The position numbers and the translations under genes were made by a program. The notes beneath the pieces are model-generated. The model did no database searches and was not told the origin of the DNA. It was given only the letters and a program-made list of their open reading frames with translations. A stretch of DNA of 64,000 nucleotides from an uncultured Staphylococcaceae bacterium (GTDB lineage: Bacteria; Bacillota_I; Bacilli_A; RFN20; CAG-826): contig CAYJLA010000001.1 in assembly GCA_964371305.1 (NCBI GenBank), positions 51,139 through 115,138 on the forward strand. Reading direction: 5' to 3'. Numbering within the stretch: position 1 is the first letter of the stretch; each line of letters opens with the position of its first letter. This document shows, piece after piece, positions 37,697 through 49,407 of the stretch.

Positions 37697-39874
37697 TTAT
37701 GTCTCCTTAAGGACGTTAGCAACAGAAAGTTTTTTTAACCTCTTGTTTAGTCCATTGGCCAATAACAATGATAAAACTATATTCACACCAAAATATGCAA
37801 AAGCGGCGCCTGGTGTAAAAGATGAAAGCCCAATTTTAGTAAAGTTAACTAATATTTCTACCAAAATCAAAGAAATAGATGATGATATTGCAAAGAAAGA
37901 AAACAATTGAATAAAATTCATTAAGAAGATTGCTCTTCTTTCTAACCCTAAAGAAGACAGAATGCCAATATCAGTAACTTTTTTATTTATGGTTATTCTT
38001 AAAGTAAAATAGCCGAGCAAGTAGGACATAAGAATTGAAAATATCAAAAACGAACCAAAAATAATTTGAAAAATTAATATGGCTAGTCCGCTAACTACAT
38101 CTGTTTCAAGTGTGTCAGAAATAGCAACGGCGTTGTAGCCCGCTTTATCTAACCTACGAGCAAAACTAGGTGCTTCAGAGTTTTCTTCGACAAACACCGT
38201 TACAACCGCTTTGGTTTGGTCGTATAACGCATTAAACAACCCTTCACTTATAATATATTGGTGTGGCGAATCAATCGGCAAATTATAAACATGAACATCA
38301 TTAATAGTTTTTTTATCAACGGTTTTTAAAATCGCTTCACCCTCGTCTGCATAATTTTGAATTCCGAGTTTAAATGTTTCATCGTCTTCTGTAACCTCGA
38401 CGTTGTAAAAGATGTTTTCGACAAAACTATTATATCCGTAGTCGGTGCCTAAATTAAACCCTATAGAACTTATATTTGTTAATGCTAGCAATTCATTTTC
38501 TATTTCTAAGAGATCTTCATCATAAATATAAATTGGTGTGCTTTCGGTGGTTGTACCATACAAACTATGCACTACACCAACCACTTCAAGCGTTCTTGTT
38601 ATTGATTTTGATGAGCTATTAATTCGCGTAGTAAACGCTATTGTTTGTTTTTTAAATAAATTAGAAAAATGATATTCATCTATATAATGGTTTGAAGAAA
38701 TTAAAACTTCTCCCACCTTAGTAGGCAACCTTCCGCCGTATAATTCAAACTCATTAACTTTACTTATTGGTGCAGGATACATTTGTTGAGTTCTAATTTG
38801 GTTGTATTCAAACACAACCGTTGCATCAACCATTACGGTACTTTTATAAACACTATTGCCTTTGTCAAGTAATGCAATTTCTTCATACTCGTTTTCGTGA
38901 AAATTACTATTGTCTGATCTAATTGCAAGAACTCTATCTTGCCTTGTGTTTTGAAAAACACTTGAATACTGTTGTGCTTGTTCGCTAACTATCGATCCAT
39001 TAAATATACTAAACGCGACAGCAAAAACCACCGCAATAACAAGGGTAACTAAGAAAGTAAATGTGGTCATCTTAGGTTGTCTAATTGTTGTTTTATAAGA
39101 AAAATATGCGCTTTTTGTAAAGATATTGCTTTTTTTAACACCTTTATCTATATCAACATTTTCGCCTCTATCTACGTTTTCTACAACTATATTTTCGTGA
39201 ATCTTGCTGTTGTAAAGCCTTATGTTTCTTGTCGAATAACCTTTAACTTCTGCAACATTATGAGTAACAATTATAACTAATTTGTGTTTAGATATTTGTT
39301 TTAATAATTGTATAATTTCTTCTCCTGTCTTAGAGTCTAAATTTCCTGTTGGTTCATCAGCCACAAGCACTTTAGAATTTTTACAAAGCGCTCTTGCTAT
39401 TGCGAGCCGTTGTTTTTGTCCGCCCGACAACTTTGTTCCTTTGTGTTTTATATATGGAGTCAAACCAACCATATCTATAACTTCAATGGCTTTTTGTTTT
39501 GCAACTTTTAGTGGTTGGCCCATAACTACCATTCCGGCCATCACGTTTTCTAAAACGGTATAGGAATCTATAAGGCCGTAGTTTTGAAAAACAAAGGAAA
39601 TGTTTTCTTTACGAAATTCTTCCCAATCTTTTGAATCATAATGCGACGTAGGTTCTCCATTAAAATACATTTCTCCATCTTCATAAGTATCTATTCCACT
39701 AATCACGTTTAAAAGGGTAGATTTTCCTCCGCCAGACTCACCACTAACAACAACAAATTCATTGTCAAAAAGTTCTAAACTTACATTTTGCAAACCAAGA
39801 GCAACAGATGCTTGGTTAGTGTAAAATTTAGATACATTATCTAACTTTATTAATGGTTTTGTTTTGTTTTCCAT
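37697..39874 (-). CDS. MacB-type ABC transporter, fused N-terminal ATPase plus FtsX-like permease (paralogue of the downstream gene)
   Basis: Walker A GESGGGKSTLLN. Signature LSGGQKQR. Walker B VLVADEPT. Long extracytoplasmic domain between TM1 and the C-terminal TM bundle. Confidence 0.75.
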   Translation of the reverse strand: MENKTKPLIKLDNVSKFYTNQASVALGLQNVSLELFDNEFVVVSGESGGGKSTLLNVISGIDTYEDGEMYFNGEPTSHYDSKDWEEFRKENISFVFQNYGLIDSYTVLENVMAGMVVMGQPLKVAKQKAIEVIDMVGLTPYIKHKGTKLSGGQKQRLAIARALCKNSKVLVADEPTGNLDSKTGEEIIQLLKQISKHKLVIIVTHNVAEVKGYSTRNIRLYNSKIHENIVVENVDRGENVDIDKGVKKSNIFTKSAYFSYKTTIRQPKMTTFTFLVTLVIAVVFAVAFSIFNGSIVSEQAQQYSSVFQNTRQDRVLAIRSDNSNFHENEYEEIALLDKGNSVYKSTVMVDATVVFEYNQIRTQQMYPAPISKVNEFELYGGRLPTKVGEVLISSNHYIDEYHFSNLFKKQTIAFTTRINSSSKSITRTLEVVGVVHSLYGTTTESTPIYIYDEDLLEIENELLALTNISSIGFNLGTDYGYNSFVENIFYNVEVTEDDETFKLGIQNYADEGEAILKTVDKKTINDVHVYNLPIDSPHQYIISEGLFNALYDQTKAVVTVFVEENSEAPSFARRLDKAGYNAVAISDTLETDVVSGLAILIFQIIFGSFLIFSILMSYLLGYFTLRITINKKVTDIGILSSLGLERRAIFLMNFIQLFSFFAISSSISLILVEILVNFTKIGLSSFTPGAAFAYFGVNIVLSLLLANGLNKRLKKLSVANVLKET

Positions 39875-39881
39875 TTATATA

Positions 39882-41153
39882 TTATTTTAGCACTCTTACA
39901 CCATTCATAAAAGGAATAAGCACTTCAGGCACCAAAACACTTCCATCTTCTTGTTGAAATTGCTCAACAATCGCTGGAACAAGCCTACTTGTTGCAAGGC
40001 CAGAGCCGTTTAATGTATGCATTAACCTTGCTTTGTCGCTTGCATCTTTTTTACACCTCATAAGACCACGTCTAGCTTGATAATCTCTAGCGTTCGAGAC
40101 GCTTGAAACCTCTTTATAAATACCCATGCTAGGTATATAAACTTCTATGTCGTAAGTTCTTGCCATTGCAAAAGAACAATCTCCTGCGGCAAGTTTAGAA
40201 ACTTGGAAATGTAAACCCAAGTCTTTAACTAATTTTACGGCGATTTGCAACATCTCATCAAACGCCTTATCACTTTCTTCAGGAGTAGTATACTGAACGA
40301 TCTCAACCTTATTAAATTGATACCCTCTGATCATGCCCCTTTCTTCACTTCTATAACTTCCAGCTTCACTTCTATAACACGGTGTATACGCAAAATATTT
40401 TTTTGGCAACTCGTTTTCAAGTAATATTTCGTTTCTGTGTAAATTAACTAACGCTGTTTCAGCAGTAGGAGCCAAAAACCTTTTTGGCGATACTCCGTCT
40501 AGTTGAAATACATCTTCTTCAAATTTCGGAAATTGCCCTGCTACATATCCTGACTCATAATTTAATATATGAGGAGGTAATATCATTTTGTAAGAATTGC
40601 TAATGTGAGTTGCAACAAAGTAATTTAATAACGCCCACTCAAGTTGCGCTCCTAATCCTGAATATATCCACGTGCCATTACCAGATATTTTAGCTGCTCT
40701 TTTGTAATCAACAAGACCTAGGTTTTCGCACAACTCTACGTGGTCCTTTATTTTGTAGTTAAATTCAGGAAGTTTGTTGTGTGTTTCAACAACTCTATTG
40801 TTGTCTTTGTCACCTGGTAAAAGATCTTCGTCAGGAATATTAGGTAATTGAAGCAATTCGTTATTAATTTTTTCTTCAATCGCCTTCAATTCAGTTTCGT
40901 TTTGAGAGTTATCTTGTGCAAGTTGCTTGACTTGCATAAATATATGTCCCACTTCTTTTCCTTCTTTTTTAAGTGATGGAACTTGAGAAGACAATTTATT
41001 TTGTGTTGCTTTATTATCTTCTACAATCTTTAATAACTCTTTGCGTTCCGAATATAATTTTATAATTATTTCTGGATCGAAATCTTTATTTTTTCTTGCT
41101 AACAACTCTTTAATTTTCTCAGGCTGTTCAATTATAAGTTTAATATCTAACAT
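39882..41153 (-). CDS. serS: Seryl-tRNA synthetase
   Basis: N-terminal coiled-coil arm. Class II motifs (e.g. RYAGxS-like PCYRSEAGS..GMIR, GSGLATSR). 423 aa. Confidence 0.9.
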   Translation of the reverse strand: MLDIKLIIEQPEKIKELLARKNKDFDPEIIIKLYSERKELLKIVEDNKATQNKLSSQVPSLKKEGKEVGHIFMQVKQLAQDNSQNETELKAIEEKINNELLQLPNIPDEDLLPGDKDNNRVVETHNKLPEFNYKIKDHVELCENLGLVDYKRAAKISGNGTWIYSGLGAQLEWALLNYFVATHISNSYKMILPPHILNYESGYVAGQFPKFEEDVFQLDGVSPKRFLAPTAETALVNLHRNEILLENELPKKYFAYTPCYRSEAGSYRSEERGMIRGYQFNKVEIVQYTTPEESDKAFDEMLQIAVKLVKDLGLHFQVSKLAAGDCSFAMARTYDIEVYIPSMGIYKEVSSVSNARDYQARRGLMRCKKDASDKARLMHTLNGSGLATSRLVPAIVEQFQQEDGSVLVPEVLIPFMNGVRVLK

Positions 41154-41154
41154 T

Positions 41155-42168
41155 TTATGTCTCCTTCTTTGTTTTTATTAATTTTTCATAACATTTAACT
41201 AACTCTTTTCCAACAACATCAAGTTGGTTTGATTTAATTATTTTTTGCTGAACGGTTACATTATGACTTTGTTGTTTTTTTAATATCGACATTATAGTGT
41301 TTGCAACATCGATAGACTTATTGTGTACCAAAATGTTTTCAGAACTTAAAAACTTAACATCTTCAAGATCTTTGTTATACGCCACTATTAGTTGTCCATA
41401 AGTAAGCGTTTCTAACATGTTTATTGTTGATGTGTTTAATAAATCAACATTCAAATATGCACAAGCATTATATAATGAAGAAATGAATATATCGTTGTCT
41501 TCTAACAATGTAATTTTAACGTTCTTAGGTGCGACTTTCTTTATCTTGTTTAATTTTCCACAAACCCCAAAACTTGATGAAAATCTAAGGTAAACATAAA
41601 ATTTAACATCTGTTAATAAATTAGCTATTTCATATACTTTTTTAAAGTGATCTTGGTTTTTTGGGTCAATTTTACTGACCACAAAACTAACATCATCGCG
41701 TTCACTAAAGTATCTATAAAACAACGATTTTTCAACATCATCTAAAACACCTTTTTTCTTAAACACGTTTCCTGAACTAATTTTTATGGTTGGTGTATTG
41801 ATTCCGGCGTCTTTTATTAACTCAACATACCAACTATCTGGAACAATCAATAACGATGCAACTTTCAATATTTTAAGGTATTTTTCTTTAATTCTAATCT
41901 TCTTATCAACAACTTCGCACAACCTCAATTTAGGATCGTCTTCATAATTAAATAAAGATAAAACAACAGGGATTTTTCGTTCAATGTAATCGAATATTTT
42001 TCTAGTGTTGTACCAAACAACAAAATGCGCAATATCCACCTCGTCTTTAATTAATTGAGTCACTTCAACACTTTGCAACGTTAAAGCGTTCTTTAAATTT
42101 TCAACACTTCTTCTAACAGCGAAAGAAGGGTTGTAAAGACGTGGCGGTTTTTGCACAAAAACTTTCAT
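41155..42168 (-). CDS. Hypothetical protein, possibly a GT-B fold glycosyltransferase-like protein, inserted between gyrA and serS
   Basis: 337 aa. C-terminal region INMLETLTYGQLIVAYN..E resembles the GT1/GT4 (E..G.P.v) block. No other motif is certain. Confidence 0.35.
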   Translation of the reverse strand: MKVFVQKPPRLYNPSFAVRRSVENLKNALTLQSVEVTQLIKDEVDIAHFVVWYNTRKIFDYIERKIPVVLSLFNYEDDPKLRLCEVVDKKIRIKEKYLKILKVASLLIVPDSWYVELIKDAGINTPTIKISSGNVFKKKGVLDDVEKSLFYRYFSERDDVSFVVSKIDPKNQDHFKKVYEIANLLTDVKFYVYLRFSSSFGVCGKLNKIKKVAPKNVKITLLEDNDIFISSLYNACAYLNVDLLNTSTINMLETLTYGQLIVAYNKDLEDVKFLSSENILVHNKSIDVANTIMSILKKQQSHNVTVQQKIIKSNQLDVVGKELVKCYEKLIKTKKET

Positions 42169-42171
42169 ATT

Positions 42172-44760
42172 TTATTCGTTTGGTGTTTCTTCAGTAAGTG
42201 TTTCTTCGTTTGCGTTTTCTTCGCCTTCGAATTCTTCATCGACAAACTCTTCGTGTGGCACTACAGCAATTGAACTAACTTTACTCTTTGTGTCAACGTT
42301 AATAACTTTTACACCTTGTGTATTTCTACCAACAACAGATACTTGAGCAAGTGAAATTCTAATAATTACACCGTTATTTGTAATAATCATTAAGTCTTCA
42401 TCGCCATTAACTGCTCTAGCAGAAATAATTTCTCCATTTTTAGCTGTCGTGTTAAGTGTTATAACACCTTTGGCACCACGTTTTGTCATACGATAATCTT
42501 TAGCATATGTCATTTTACCGTAACCTTTAGAAGTTACGACCAAGACTAATTCCCCCTCTAACGAAGTGGTTAATCCAATAATTTTTGTTTGGTCATCAAT
42601 TCTCATGCCAAGAACGCCGCTAGCACTTCTTCCAACAGGTCTTACGTCTTCCTCGTAGAAGGAGCACATTTTACCCTTACTTGAAGCAAGAGACACTACA
42701 CAATTTCCGTGTGTGTGTTTAACGTCGAGCAATTCATCACCTTCTTTAAGTGTTATGGCAATTTTACCTGTTTTTCTAATGAGTTGGAATTCAGTAACTG
42801 CAGTTCTTTTTACGATGCCACCAGTTGTGGCAAAGAATAAGTGGTGTTCTGGTAGGTATTCATCAATCGCAATAATTGAACGAATAGTTTCACCTTTTTC
42901 CAAATCTAATAGATTGGCTGCAAAGACACCTTTTGATATTCTACTGCCTTCTGGTACTCTATACGCTCTAATACGATATACTTTTCCTAAGTTTGAGAAC
43001 AATAATAGGTCTGTGTGTGTTTTAGTGTGCAACATGACGCTAACAACATCGTTTGCACTAGTTGTAGCTCCTTTTACACCTCTACCTCCTCTATTTTGTG
43101 TTCTAAATGTATCGGTTGTCATTCTTTTAATATAACCGTTTTGTGTAAGGACGATTACGATTTCTTGTTCTGGAATTAAAGACTCTTCTTCAATTGTACC
43201 GATTTCGTTAGATATTTCTGTTTTTCTATCATCGCCAAATCTACGTTTTACTTCCTCAAGTTCTTCAATCATGACTTCAATAATATTTTCTCTACTAGAT
43301 AATATGTTGTTGTATTTTGCAATGTTTGCTTGTAAATCAAGACGCTCCGCTTGAAGTTTTTGTTCTTCCAAACCTGTAAGCCTTCTAAGTGTCATACTTA
43401 AAATAGCATTGGTTTGAATTTCTGTAAGGTCAAAATAATCCATTAAAGCTCTTGAAGCAGCTTCAGGAGTTTCGCTGTTTTTGATTAACTCTACCATTTT
43501 ATCAATGTTAGAAATACCCTTTAACAACCCTATAACAATGTGATCTCTTGCTTCATCTTTTGCAAGCAAGAATCTAGTTCTTCTTTCAATAACTTCGACT
43601 TGATGATCAATGTAATTTTTTAACATTTCTGTTATGTTCATTACTTTTGGTGCTGATTTGTGTAAAGAAAGGAATATGATACCAAAAGAAACTTGCAAGG
43701 AAGAGTGTTTGTATAATTGGTTCAACATAACTTCTGGGATAATATCTGAACGTAATTCAATTACCACTCTTATCCCTTCTTTATTAGATTCGTCTCTGAT
43801 ATCAGTAATACCTTCGACAACTTTATCTTTTACAAGGTGCGCAATTTTTTCGATAAGGTTAGCTTTATTAACTTGATATGGTAATTCATATACAACGATA
43901 CGTTTTTTACCATTATTCATTTCTTCTATATTTGCTTTGGATCTAATTGTAATGCTTCCAGTTCCGTTTTCGTAAGCATCTTTAATACCTTGCAAACCAA
44001 GAATTGTTCCGCCTGTTGGAAAATCAGGGCCCGAAATATAATCTCTTATAATGTCTGTAGGTGTTAATTCAGGATTTCTTGCAACCGCAACAACACCATT
44101 AATAACTTCTGTAAGGTTGTGTGGAGGTATGTTTGTTGCCATACCAACAGCAATACCTGCAGACCCATTAACTAACAAGTTAGGAAATCTAGCTGGGAGA
44201 ACGCTTGGTTCTTTTTCGGTTCCATCATAGTTATCAACAAAATCAACTGTGTTGAGATTAATATCTTTAACCATTTCTGCGGCTAGTTTTGACATCCTTG
44301 CTTCGGTATATCTCATCGCAGCAGCTTCATCGCCATCAACACTACCAAAGTTACCATGCCCATCAACAAGTGTATATCTCATTGAGAAAGGTTGAGCCAA
44401 TCTAACAAGCGTTGAATATATTGCAGCATCGCCATGTGGGTGATATTTACCCATAACATCCCCAACAATACGGGCACACTTTTTATATGGTTTGTCACTT
44501 TGCATGCCAGATTCATTCATGCCGTGAATTATGCGTCTATGAACAGGTTTAAATCCATCTCTAACATCTGGAATTGCTCTGGAGACAATAACACTCATTG
44601 CATAGTCTAAAAAAGAGTTTCTAACTTCTTTTGAAATTTCTACATCAACTAAACCAGCTTCAATGCCAGCTTGTATTGTTGGTTTACTTTCAACCACTTC
44701 TTCAGAACTAGTTTCTTCAACTACTTCTGTTTCGATTTTTTTATTTTCATCCATATTCAA
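42172..44760 (-). CDS. gyrA: DNA gyrase subunit A
   Basis: Active-site Tyr region [10 protein letters not shown]. GyrA-box-like [10 protein letters not shown]. Six C-terminal beta-pinwheel repeats. Acidic C-terminal tail. Confidence 0.95.
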   Translation of the reverse strand: MNMDENKKIETEVVEETSSEEVVESKPTIQAGIEAGLVDVEISKEVRNSFLDYAMSVIVSRAIPDVRDGFKPVHRRIIHGMNESGMQSDKPYKKCARIVGDVMGKYHPHGDAAIYSTLVRLAQPFSMRYTLVDGHGNFGSVDGDEAAAMRYTEARMSKLAAEMVKDINLNTVDFVDNYDGTEKEPSVLPARFPNLLVNGSAGIAVGMATNIPPHNLTEVINGVVAVARNPELTPTDIIRDYISGPDFPTGGTILGLQGIKDAYENGTGSITIRSKANIEEMNNGKKRIVVYELPYQVNKANLIEKIAHLVKDKVVEGITDIRDESNKEGIRVVIELRSDIIPEVMLNQLYKHSSLQVSFGIIFLSLHKSAPKVMNITEMLKNYIDHQVEVIERRTRFLLAKDEARDHIVIGLLKGISNIDKMVELIKNSETPEAASRALMDYFDLTEIQTNAILSMTLRRLTGLEEQKLQAERLDLQANIAKYNNILSSRENIIEVMIEELEEVKRRFGDDRKTEISNEIGTIEEESLIPEQEIVIVLTQNGYIKRMTTDTFRTQNRGGRGVKGATTSANDVVSVMLHTKTHTDLLLFSNLGKVYRIRAYRVPEGSRISKGVFAANLLDLEKGETIRSIIAIDEYLPEHHLFFATTGGIVKRTAVTEFQLIRKTGKIAITLKEGDELLDVKHTHGNCVVSLASSKGKMCSFYEEDVRPVGRSASGVLGMRIDDQTKIIGLTTSLEGELVLVVTSKGYGKMTYAKDYRMTKRGAKGVITLNTTAKNGEIISARAVNGDEDLMIITNNGVIIRISLAQVSVVGRNTQGVKVINVDTKSKVSSIAVVPHEEFVDEEFEGEENANEETLTEETPNE

Positions 44761-44767
44761 ACTCCTT

Positions 44768-46762
44768 TTAGATATCTAGGTTCTTAACGAACGTTGCGTT
44801 TCTACTAATAAACTCTTTTCTAGGCAATACTTCTTCACCCATCAAATCAGAGAAAACCGTTTCTGCTTCAATGGCATCTTCAATGGTGACTCGAATCATT
44901 TTACGAGTTTTAGGGTCCATTGTTGTTTCCCATAATTGTTGAGCGTCCATCTCACCTAGCCCTTTATAACGTTGGAATGGGTATCCAGGTTTAAGATTTA
45001 AACTTGTTTTAATATCTTCTAATTGAACGTCGTTATATGCATAATACGATTTTCCGTGATATTCAACTTTATATAAAGGTGGTTGTGCAATGTATACATA
45101 ACCAGCAGTAATCAAATCTCTCATGTAGCGATAGAAGAAAGTAAGCAACAATACACGAATGTGACTGCCATCAACATCAGCATCGGTCATAATAACAATT
45201 TTGTGATAACGCGCTTTTTCGACGTTGAATTCAGGATCAAAACCAGCGCCAATCGCTTGAATCATATTGCCAATTTCGGCGTTTTCATATACTTTTTTTC
45301 TAACCGCTTTTTCTGTGTTAAGGATTTTACCTCTTAACGGAAGAATTGCTTGTGTATTTCTATCTCTACCATTTTTAGCTGAACCGCCCGCCGAATTACC
45401 TTCAACAATGTAAAGTTCGCAAACGGATGGATCTTTACTTGAACAATCAGCCAATTTACCAGGAAGAGTTGTTATTTCAAGAGATGATTTACGTCTAACA
45501 GACTCCTGAGCATGTCTTGCTGCATTCCTTGCTTCTCTAGCGTTTGTAATTTTAGTAAGTATAATTGCCGCTTCTTTAGGGTTTTCATTTAAGAAAGTAC
45601 GAAGTGCTTCACTTAATATTGAAGAAACTATTTTTCTTACTTCTGATGAACCTAACTTACCTTTTGTTTGGCCTTCATATTGTGGATTTGGGTGTTTAAC
45701 GGAAATGATTGTTGTTAAACCTTCTTTTATGTCATCAGTTGTATAATTTTCATCAGCATCTTTAATAAATTTGTTCTTTTTCGCATAATCATTAACTACG
45801 CGATTAAGAGCTAACCTAAACCCTTCTTCATGTGTACCGCCATCTTTAGTGTTAATGTTATTACAGAAAGAGTACGTTCCGGACGAATAAGTGTCGGTCC
45901 ATTGCATCGCAACCTCGACATAAATTGTCATTCCATCAGCGGTGTCTTTTTCGGTCTCAGCACCTTCGGCGTATATAATTTCCTCCATGTTTGGAATTTT
46001 TGTTTTTGAATTATTAAGGAATTGTACATATTCTTTGATGCCACCTTCAAAGTGGAACGTTTCTGACACAGGAACTTCTAGCCTGTGATCTTCGACAACA
46101 ATTCTTACCCCTTTGTTGAGGTAAGCCATTTGACGCAATCTATCTCTTATTGTATCAAACACGAACTCGGTCGTTTCGGTAAATATAGTTTCATCAGGCA
46201 TGAATGTAACGGTTGTTCCACTCAAATCACTATCACCAACTCTTTGTAGTGGAGCTTGTGTGAAGCCGCCGTTTGCAAAACCCATATGATAGTGTCCGCC
46301 GTTTTTGAAAACATCAACCACTAACCACGTAGATAACGCATTAACAACACTGGCACCAACCCCGTGCAAACCGCCAGAAACTTTATATCCGCCGCCCGCT
46401 CCAAATTTACCGCCAGCATGCAAAACTGTGTATACTGTTTCAACAGCACTTTTTCCTGTTTTTTCAACAACATCTACCGGTATGCCTCTACCATTGTCTT
46501 TTACGGTTAAAGAACCATCTTTGTTAACTATGACATTAATCGTATCACAGAACCCAGCTAGCGCTTCGTCGATAGCATTATCAACAATTTCCCACACCAA
46601 GTGATGTAACCCTGTGCCAGAAGTTGATCCGATATACATACCAGGACGTTTTCTTACAGCCTCTAACCCTTCTAATACTTCAATGTTTTCGGCCGTGTAT
46701 TTAGCATCAGCTTTACCTATGTCTTCAGCGACATTGGCCATTATTTTATTTTCTTCAACCAT
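44768..46762 (-). CDS. gyrB: DNA gyrase subunit B
   Basis: GHKL ATPase motifs. Toprim [16 protein letters not shown]. 664 aa. Confidence 0.95.
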   Translation of the reverse strand: MVEENKIMANVAEDIGKADAKYTAENIEVLEGLEAVRKRPGMYIGSTSGTGLHHLVWEIVDNAIDEALAGFCDTINVIVNKDGSLTVKDNGRGIPVDVVEKTGKSAVETVYTVLHAGGKFGAGGGYKVSGGLHGVGASVVNALSTWLVVDVFKNGGHYHMGFANGGFTQAPLQRVGDSDLSGTTVTFMPDETIFTETTEFVFDTIRDRLRQMAYLNKGVRIVVEDHRLEVPVSETFHFEGGIKEYVQFLNNSKTKIPNMEEIIYAEGAETEKDTADGMTIYVEVAMQWTDTYSSGTYSFCNNINTKDGGTHEEGFRLALNRVVNDYAKKNKFIKDADENYTTDDIKEGLTTIISVKHPNPQYEGQTKGKLGSSEVRKIVSSILSEALRTFLNENPKEAAIILTKITNAREARNAARHAQESVRRKSSLEITTLPGKLADCSSKDPSVCELYIVEGNSAGGSAKNGRDRNTQAILPLRGKILNTEKAVRKKVYENAEIGNMIQAIGAGFDPEFNVEKARYHKIVIMTDADVDGSHIRVLLLTFFYRYMRDLITAGYVYIAQPPLYKVEYHGKSYYAYNDVQLEDIKTSLNLKPGYPFQRYKGLGEMDAQQLWETTMDPKTRKMIRVTIEDAIEAETVFSDLMGEEVLPRKEFISRNATFVKNLDI

Positions 46763-47834
46763 ACATTTTTCTCCTTTGTACTTTGTGATCTTTTATTTCG
46801 TAAACATTTAACCCTTCGCAATTTAATTCGTGGGTCGATGTTATGAACACTTGTTCAAACCTTTTTAAGAAACGTAACAATTTCTTTTGGTGGTTTTCGT
46901 CCAATTCTGACATTACGTCATCCAATACCACTATCGGTCTACTTGTTTTTTCATACAACAGGTATTGAGATAGTTTGAGTGCAAGAACCGCTATTCTGTT
47001 TTCTCCTTGAGAGCAACTTACCGCAACGTTCTTGTTGTTGATCCACAACTCTATATCTTCTTTGTGAACCCCAATTGCCGTTGTTTTTTTCAACTTATCA
47101 ACAGCATACGACTCTTTATACTTATCACTAAGCAAACGTTTGTAATTGGCGCCGTATTTAATTTGTTCTTTGTACACAAGTTCAACCTTTGAAATTTTAC
47201 CACTTATAATTTCATGAACCTTGCCAAGAACTTCGTTTGTCTTTTCAACAAACTCACTTCTTGATTTAGCGATCACTTCCGACAAACTCACTAACTGATT
47301 CGTCACAACCTCTATCTCTAAATCATCTACACAAACCTTCTTTAATAACTCGTTGCGCCTTTTTAATAATTTTTCGTAACTTGTAATAGATTTCAAATAC
47401 AAGTCGCTGCGCTTTGAGATGTTTGTGTTTACAAACGACCTTCTCACGCGCGGAAGATCTTTTAGAAACAATGCATCTTTCGGTTCGAAAACAATGCAAT
47501 TGTACACATTGTTCAAATCGCTAACCTTCGTAATTGGTTTGTTGTTTTTTAAAACTTTTTTTCCACTACGTGTAACTTGAACCTCAACAATATTGTTTGT
47601 TAACTCTGAATCAACTTCAAGTTGTATAAATGCAGCTTCATTGTTGTGATTTATGAGTTCGCTATCATCAACACATTTAAAACTTTTGCAAACGGACGCA
47701 TAATGAATTGCCTCGATCATGTTGGTTTTTCCTTGTCCATTGTTCCCGACTAAGTAATTTATACCGACCGGAAAACTTAATTCAACCTTCTTATAACCTC
47801 GAAAGTCGATGAGTTTGATTGCTTTAACATTCAT
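46755..47834 (-). CDS. recF: DNA replication and repair protein RecF
   Basis: Walker [13 protein letters not shown]-like signature. Position after yaaA. Confidence 0.9.
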   Translation of the reverse strand: MNVKAIKLIDFRGYKKVELSFPVGINYLVGNNGQGKTNMIEAIHYASVCKSFKCVDDSELINHNNEAAFIQLEVDSELTNNIVEVQVTRSGKKVLKNNKPITKVSDLNNVYNCIVFEPKDALFLKDLPRVRRSFVNTNISKRSDLYLKSITSYEKLLKRRNELLKKVCVDDLEIEVVTNQLVSLSEVIAKSRSEFVEKTNEVLGKVHEIISGKISKVELVYKEQIKYGANYKRLLSDKYKESYAVDKLKKTTAIGVHKEDIELWINNKNVAVSCSQGENRIAVLALKLSQYLLYEKTSRPIVVLDDVMSELDENHQKKLLRFLKRFEQVFITSTHELNCEGLNVYEIKDHKVQRRKMYG

Positions 47835-48063
47835 TTTTTACAACAAATACACCATGTCCCGCAACAACTACAAAACCATTATATAATTTGCGGCCGCGCC
47901 TATTTTCTTCTTCTCCATTTACTAAAACTTTATTGTTAGAAAGAAAAAACCTAGCCTCTCCGCCATTAGAAATTACGTTAGCCAACTTAAGGAATTGGCC
48001 TAGTGTGATCATTTCGGATTTCACAACTACTTCTTTTGCTTGCGTGTTTGTTATTTCTTTCAT
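47824..48063 (-). CDS. yaaA: S4-domain RNA-binding protein YaaA
   Basis: About 80 aa S4-like. Conserved location between dnaN and recF. Confidence 0.7.
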   Translation of the reverse strand: MKEITNTQAKEVVVKSEMITLGQFLKLANVISNGGEARFFLSNNKVLVNGEEENRRGRKLYNGFVVVAGHGVFVVKNEC

Positions 48064-48162
48064 AAACATAGTATATCACAACGTAATTAAAAAGGGAATA
48101 TATATTCCCTATTTATTTGTGTTCGTTTCTTAAACTCAATGAAATGATTATTTATGAACTTT

Positions 48163-49281
48163 TTATGACCTTACCGGAGTTATAACTTGGATAACTTCTT
48201 CGTCACCAACAACCTTAACAACAAATGGTTTCATCTCTCCAACAAAAGAGATGCTTACGTCGTCACTTTTTAAAACTTTAACAGCAGTTATAACAAAGTC
48301 AGCATTAAATGAAATGTCGAACCTTTCTCCAGAATAAGAAAAGGTGTCGATCTTCTCGCTAGCAGAACCGATTTCAGAAGTTCTTGAACTTACTTCTATT
48401 TCGTCCTCTGACAAAGATAATTTTACAACGTTGAATCTTTCATCACTTAACAAAGAAACTCTTTCCATTGCGTTTATTAATTCCTGAGCATTAACTTGAA
48501 GGTGGTATGCAAAACTTTTAGGTTTTACATTTTTTGTATTTGGGTATTCACCACTTATAAGTTTGGTAATAAATTTAGTTTGACCAAAACCAAACACAAC
48601 TTTATTTGTGTGAACATCAACTAAAACCTCTTCTTCGTTTTCGAGCAATCTCACAACATCTAACAAAGAGTTAGCGGGTATATTTGCAACAAAATCCACA
48701 ACTTCTTTTAACGGGAGCGAAACCGAAGCCAATCTACTTGCGTCAGTTGCAGTCGCAACTAATACACCTTCTTCAGAAACTAGATTTACCGCTGTCAATA
48801 TCGGTCTTTGTTGTTTGTTGCTTGCGGCGAAAGCGGTTTTTTCGATCATGCTGTTAAAATCTTTTGCACGTAAAGTGATGTATTGTTCACTTAAAGAAAA
48901 GTCTATGTCTGGGTATTCTCTTGCAAAATTGGAGTTAAGACTAAAACTCGCTTTGCCATCCTTTATTTTTGTCATGTTATCAACAGTTACTTCAAGAGTT
49001 AATTCTTTCATCGCTGTTTTTCTAACTATGTCGATTAAATATTTACCTTTTAAAAGAGTTGATCCGTGCGCATAATTCGAAATTATTTCTTTGTCTTGGA
49101 CAAAGTAAGGAATCAGAGTACAAATAGAAGTTTCTGAATTGCTGGCGGTCAGGTGTAACCCTTCTTCGTTTAATTCAAGCCTTATATAAGTGTATATTGG
49201 TAAAGGTGTTTTAATACCGACACATCTGCTTACGATGTTTAAGGCTTTAGAAAATCTATCTCTGTCAATTGTGAATCTCAT
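48163..49281 (-). CDS. dnaN: DNA polymerase III beta subunit (sliding clamp)
   Basis: Three-domain clamp, about 372 aa. Start is the ATG at 49281 with RBS GAAGGAGA. The track's extension to 49344 runs into the DnaA-box region. Confidence 0.9.
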   Translation of the reverse strand: MRFTIDRDRFSKALNIVSRCVGIKTPLPIYTYIRLELNEEGLHLTASNSETSICTLIPYFVQDKEIISNYAHGSTLLKGKYLIDIVRKTAMKELTLEVTVDNMTKIKDGKASFSLNSNFAREYPDIDFSLSEQYITLRAKDFNSMIEKTAFAASNKQQRPILTAVNLVSEEGVLVATATDASRLASVSLPLKEVVDFVANIPANSLLDVVRLLENEEEVLVDVHTNKVVFGFGQTKFITKLISGEYPNTKNVKPKSFAYHLQVNAQELINAMERVSLLSDERFNVVKLSLSEDEIEVSSRTSEIGSASEKIDTFSYSGERFDISFNADFVITAVKVLKSDDVSISFVGEMKPFVVKVVGDEEVIQVITPVRS

Positions 49282-49407
49282 ATTTATTCTCCTTCTTTTA
49301 AGTTTTAGTAATAATAAGGGTTGTGGATTTTGTGGATAACTCAATTTTCACCATTTTATTTTACCATTTTTTTATCCGTTAGTAAACTTTTATTAATAAG
49401 ATTAATA
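49282..49407. promoter_or_regulatory. dnaA-dnaN intergenic region with DnaA boxes (second oriC module)
   Basis: TTGTGGATT (49322-49330) and TGTGGATAA (49331-49339) match the TTATCCACA consensus on the opposite strand. Confidence 0.6.

Noticed and set aside
41153-41160. Looked for a T-box leader upstream of serS (and metG)
   Set aside because: serS starts 1 nt after the upstream gene, and metG starts 50 nt after rpmE with a terminator in between. There is no space for a roughly 250-nt T-box element.
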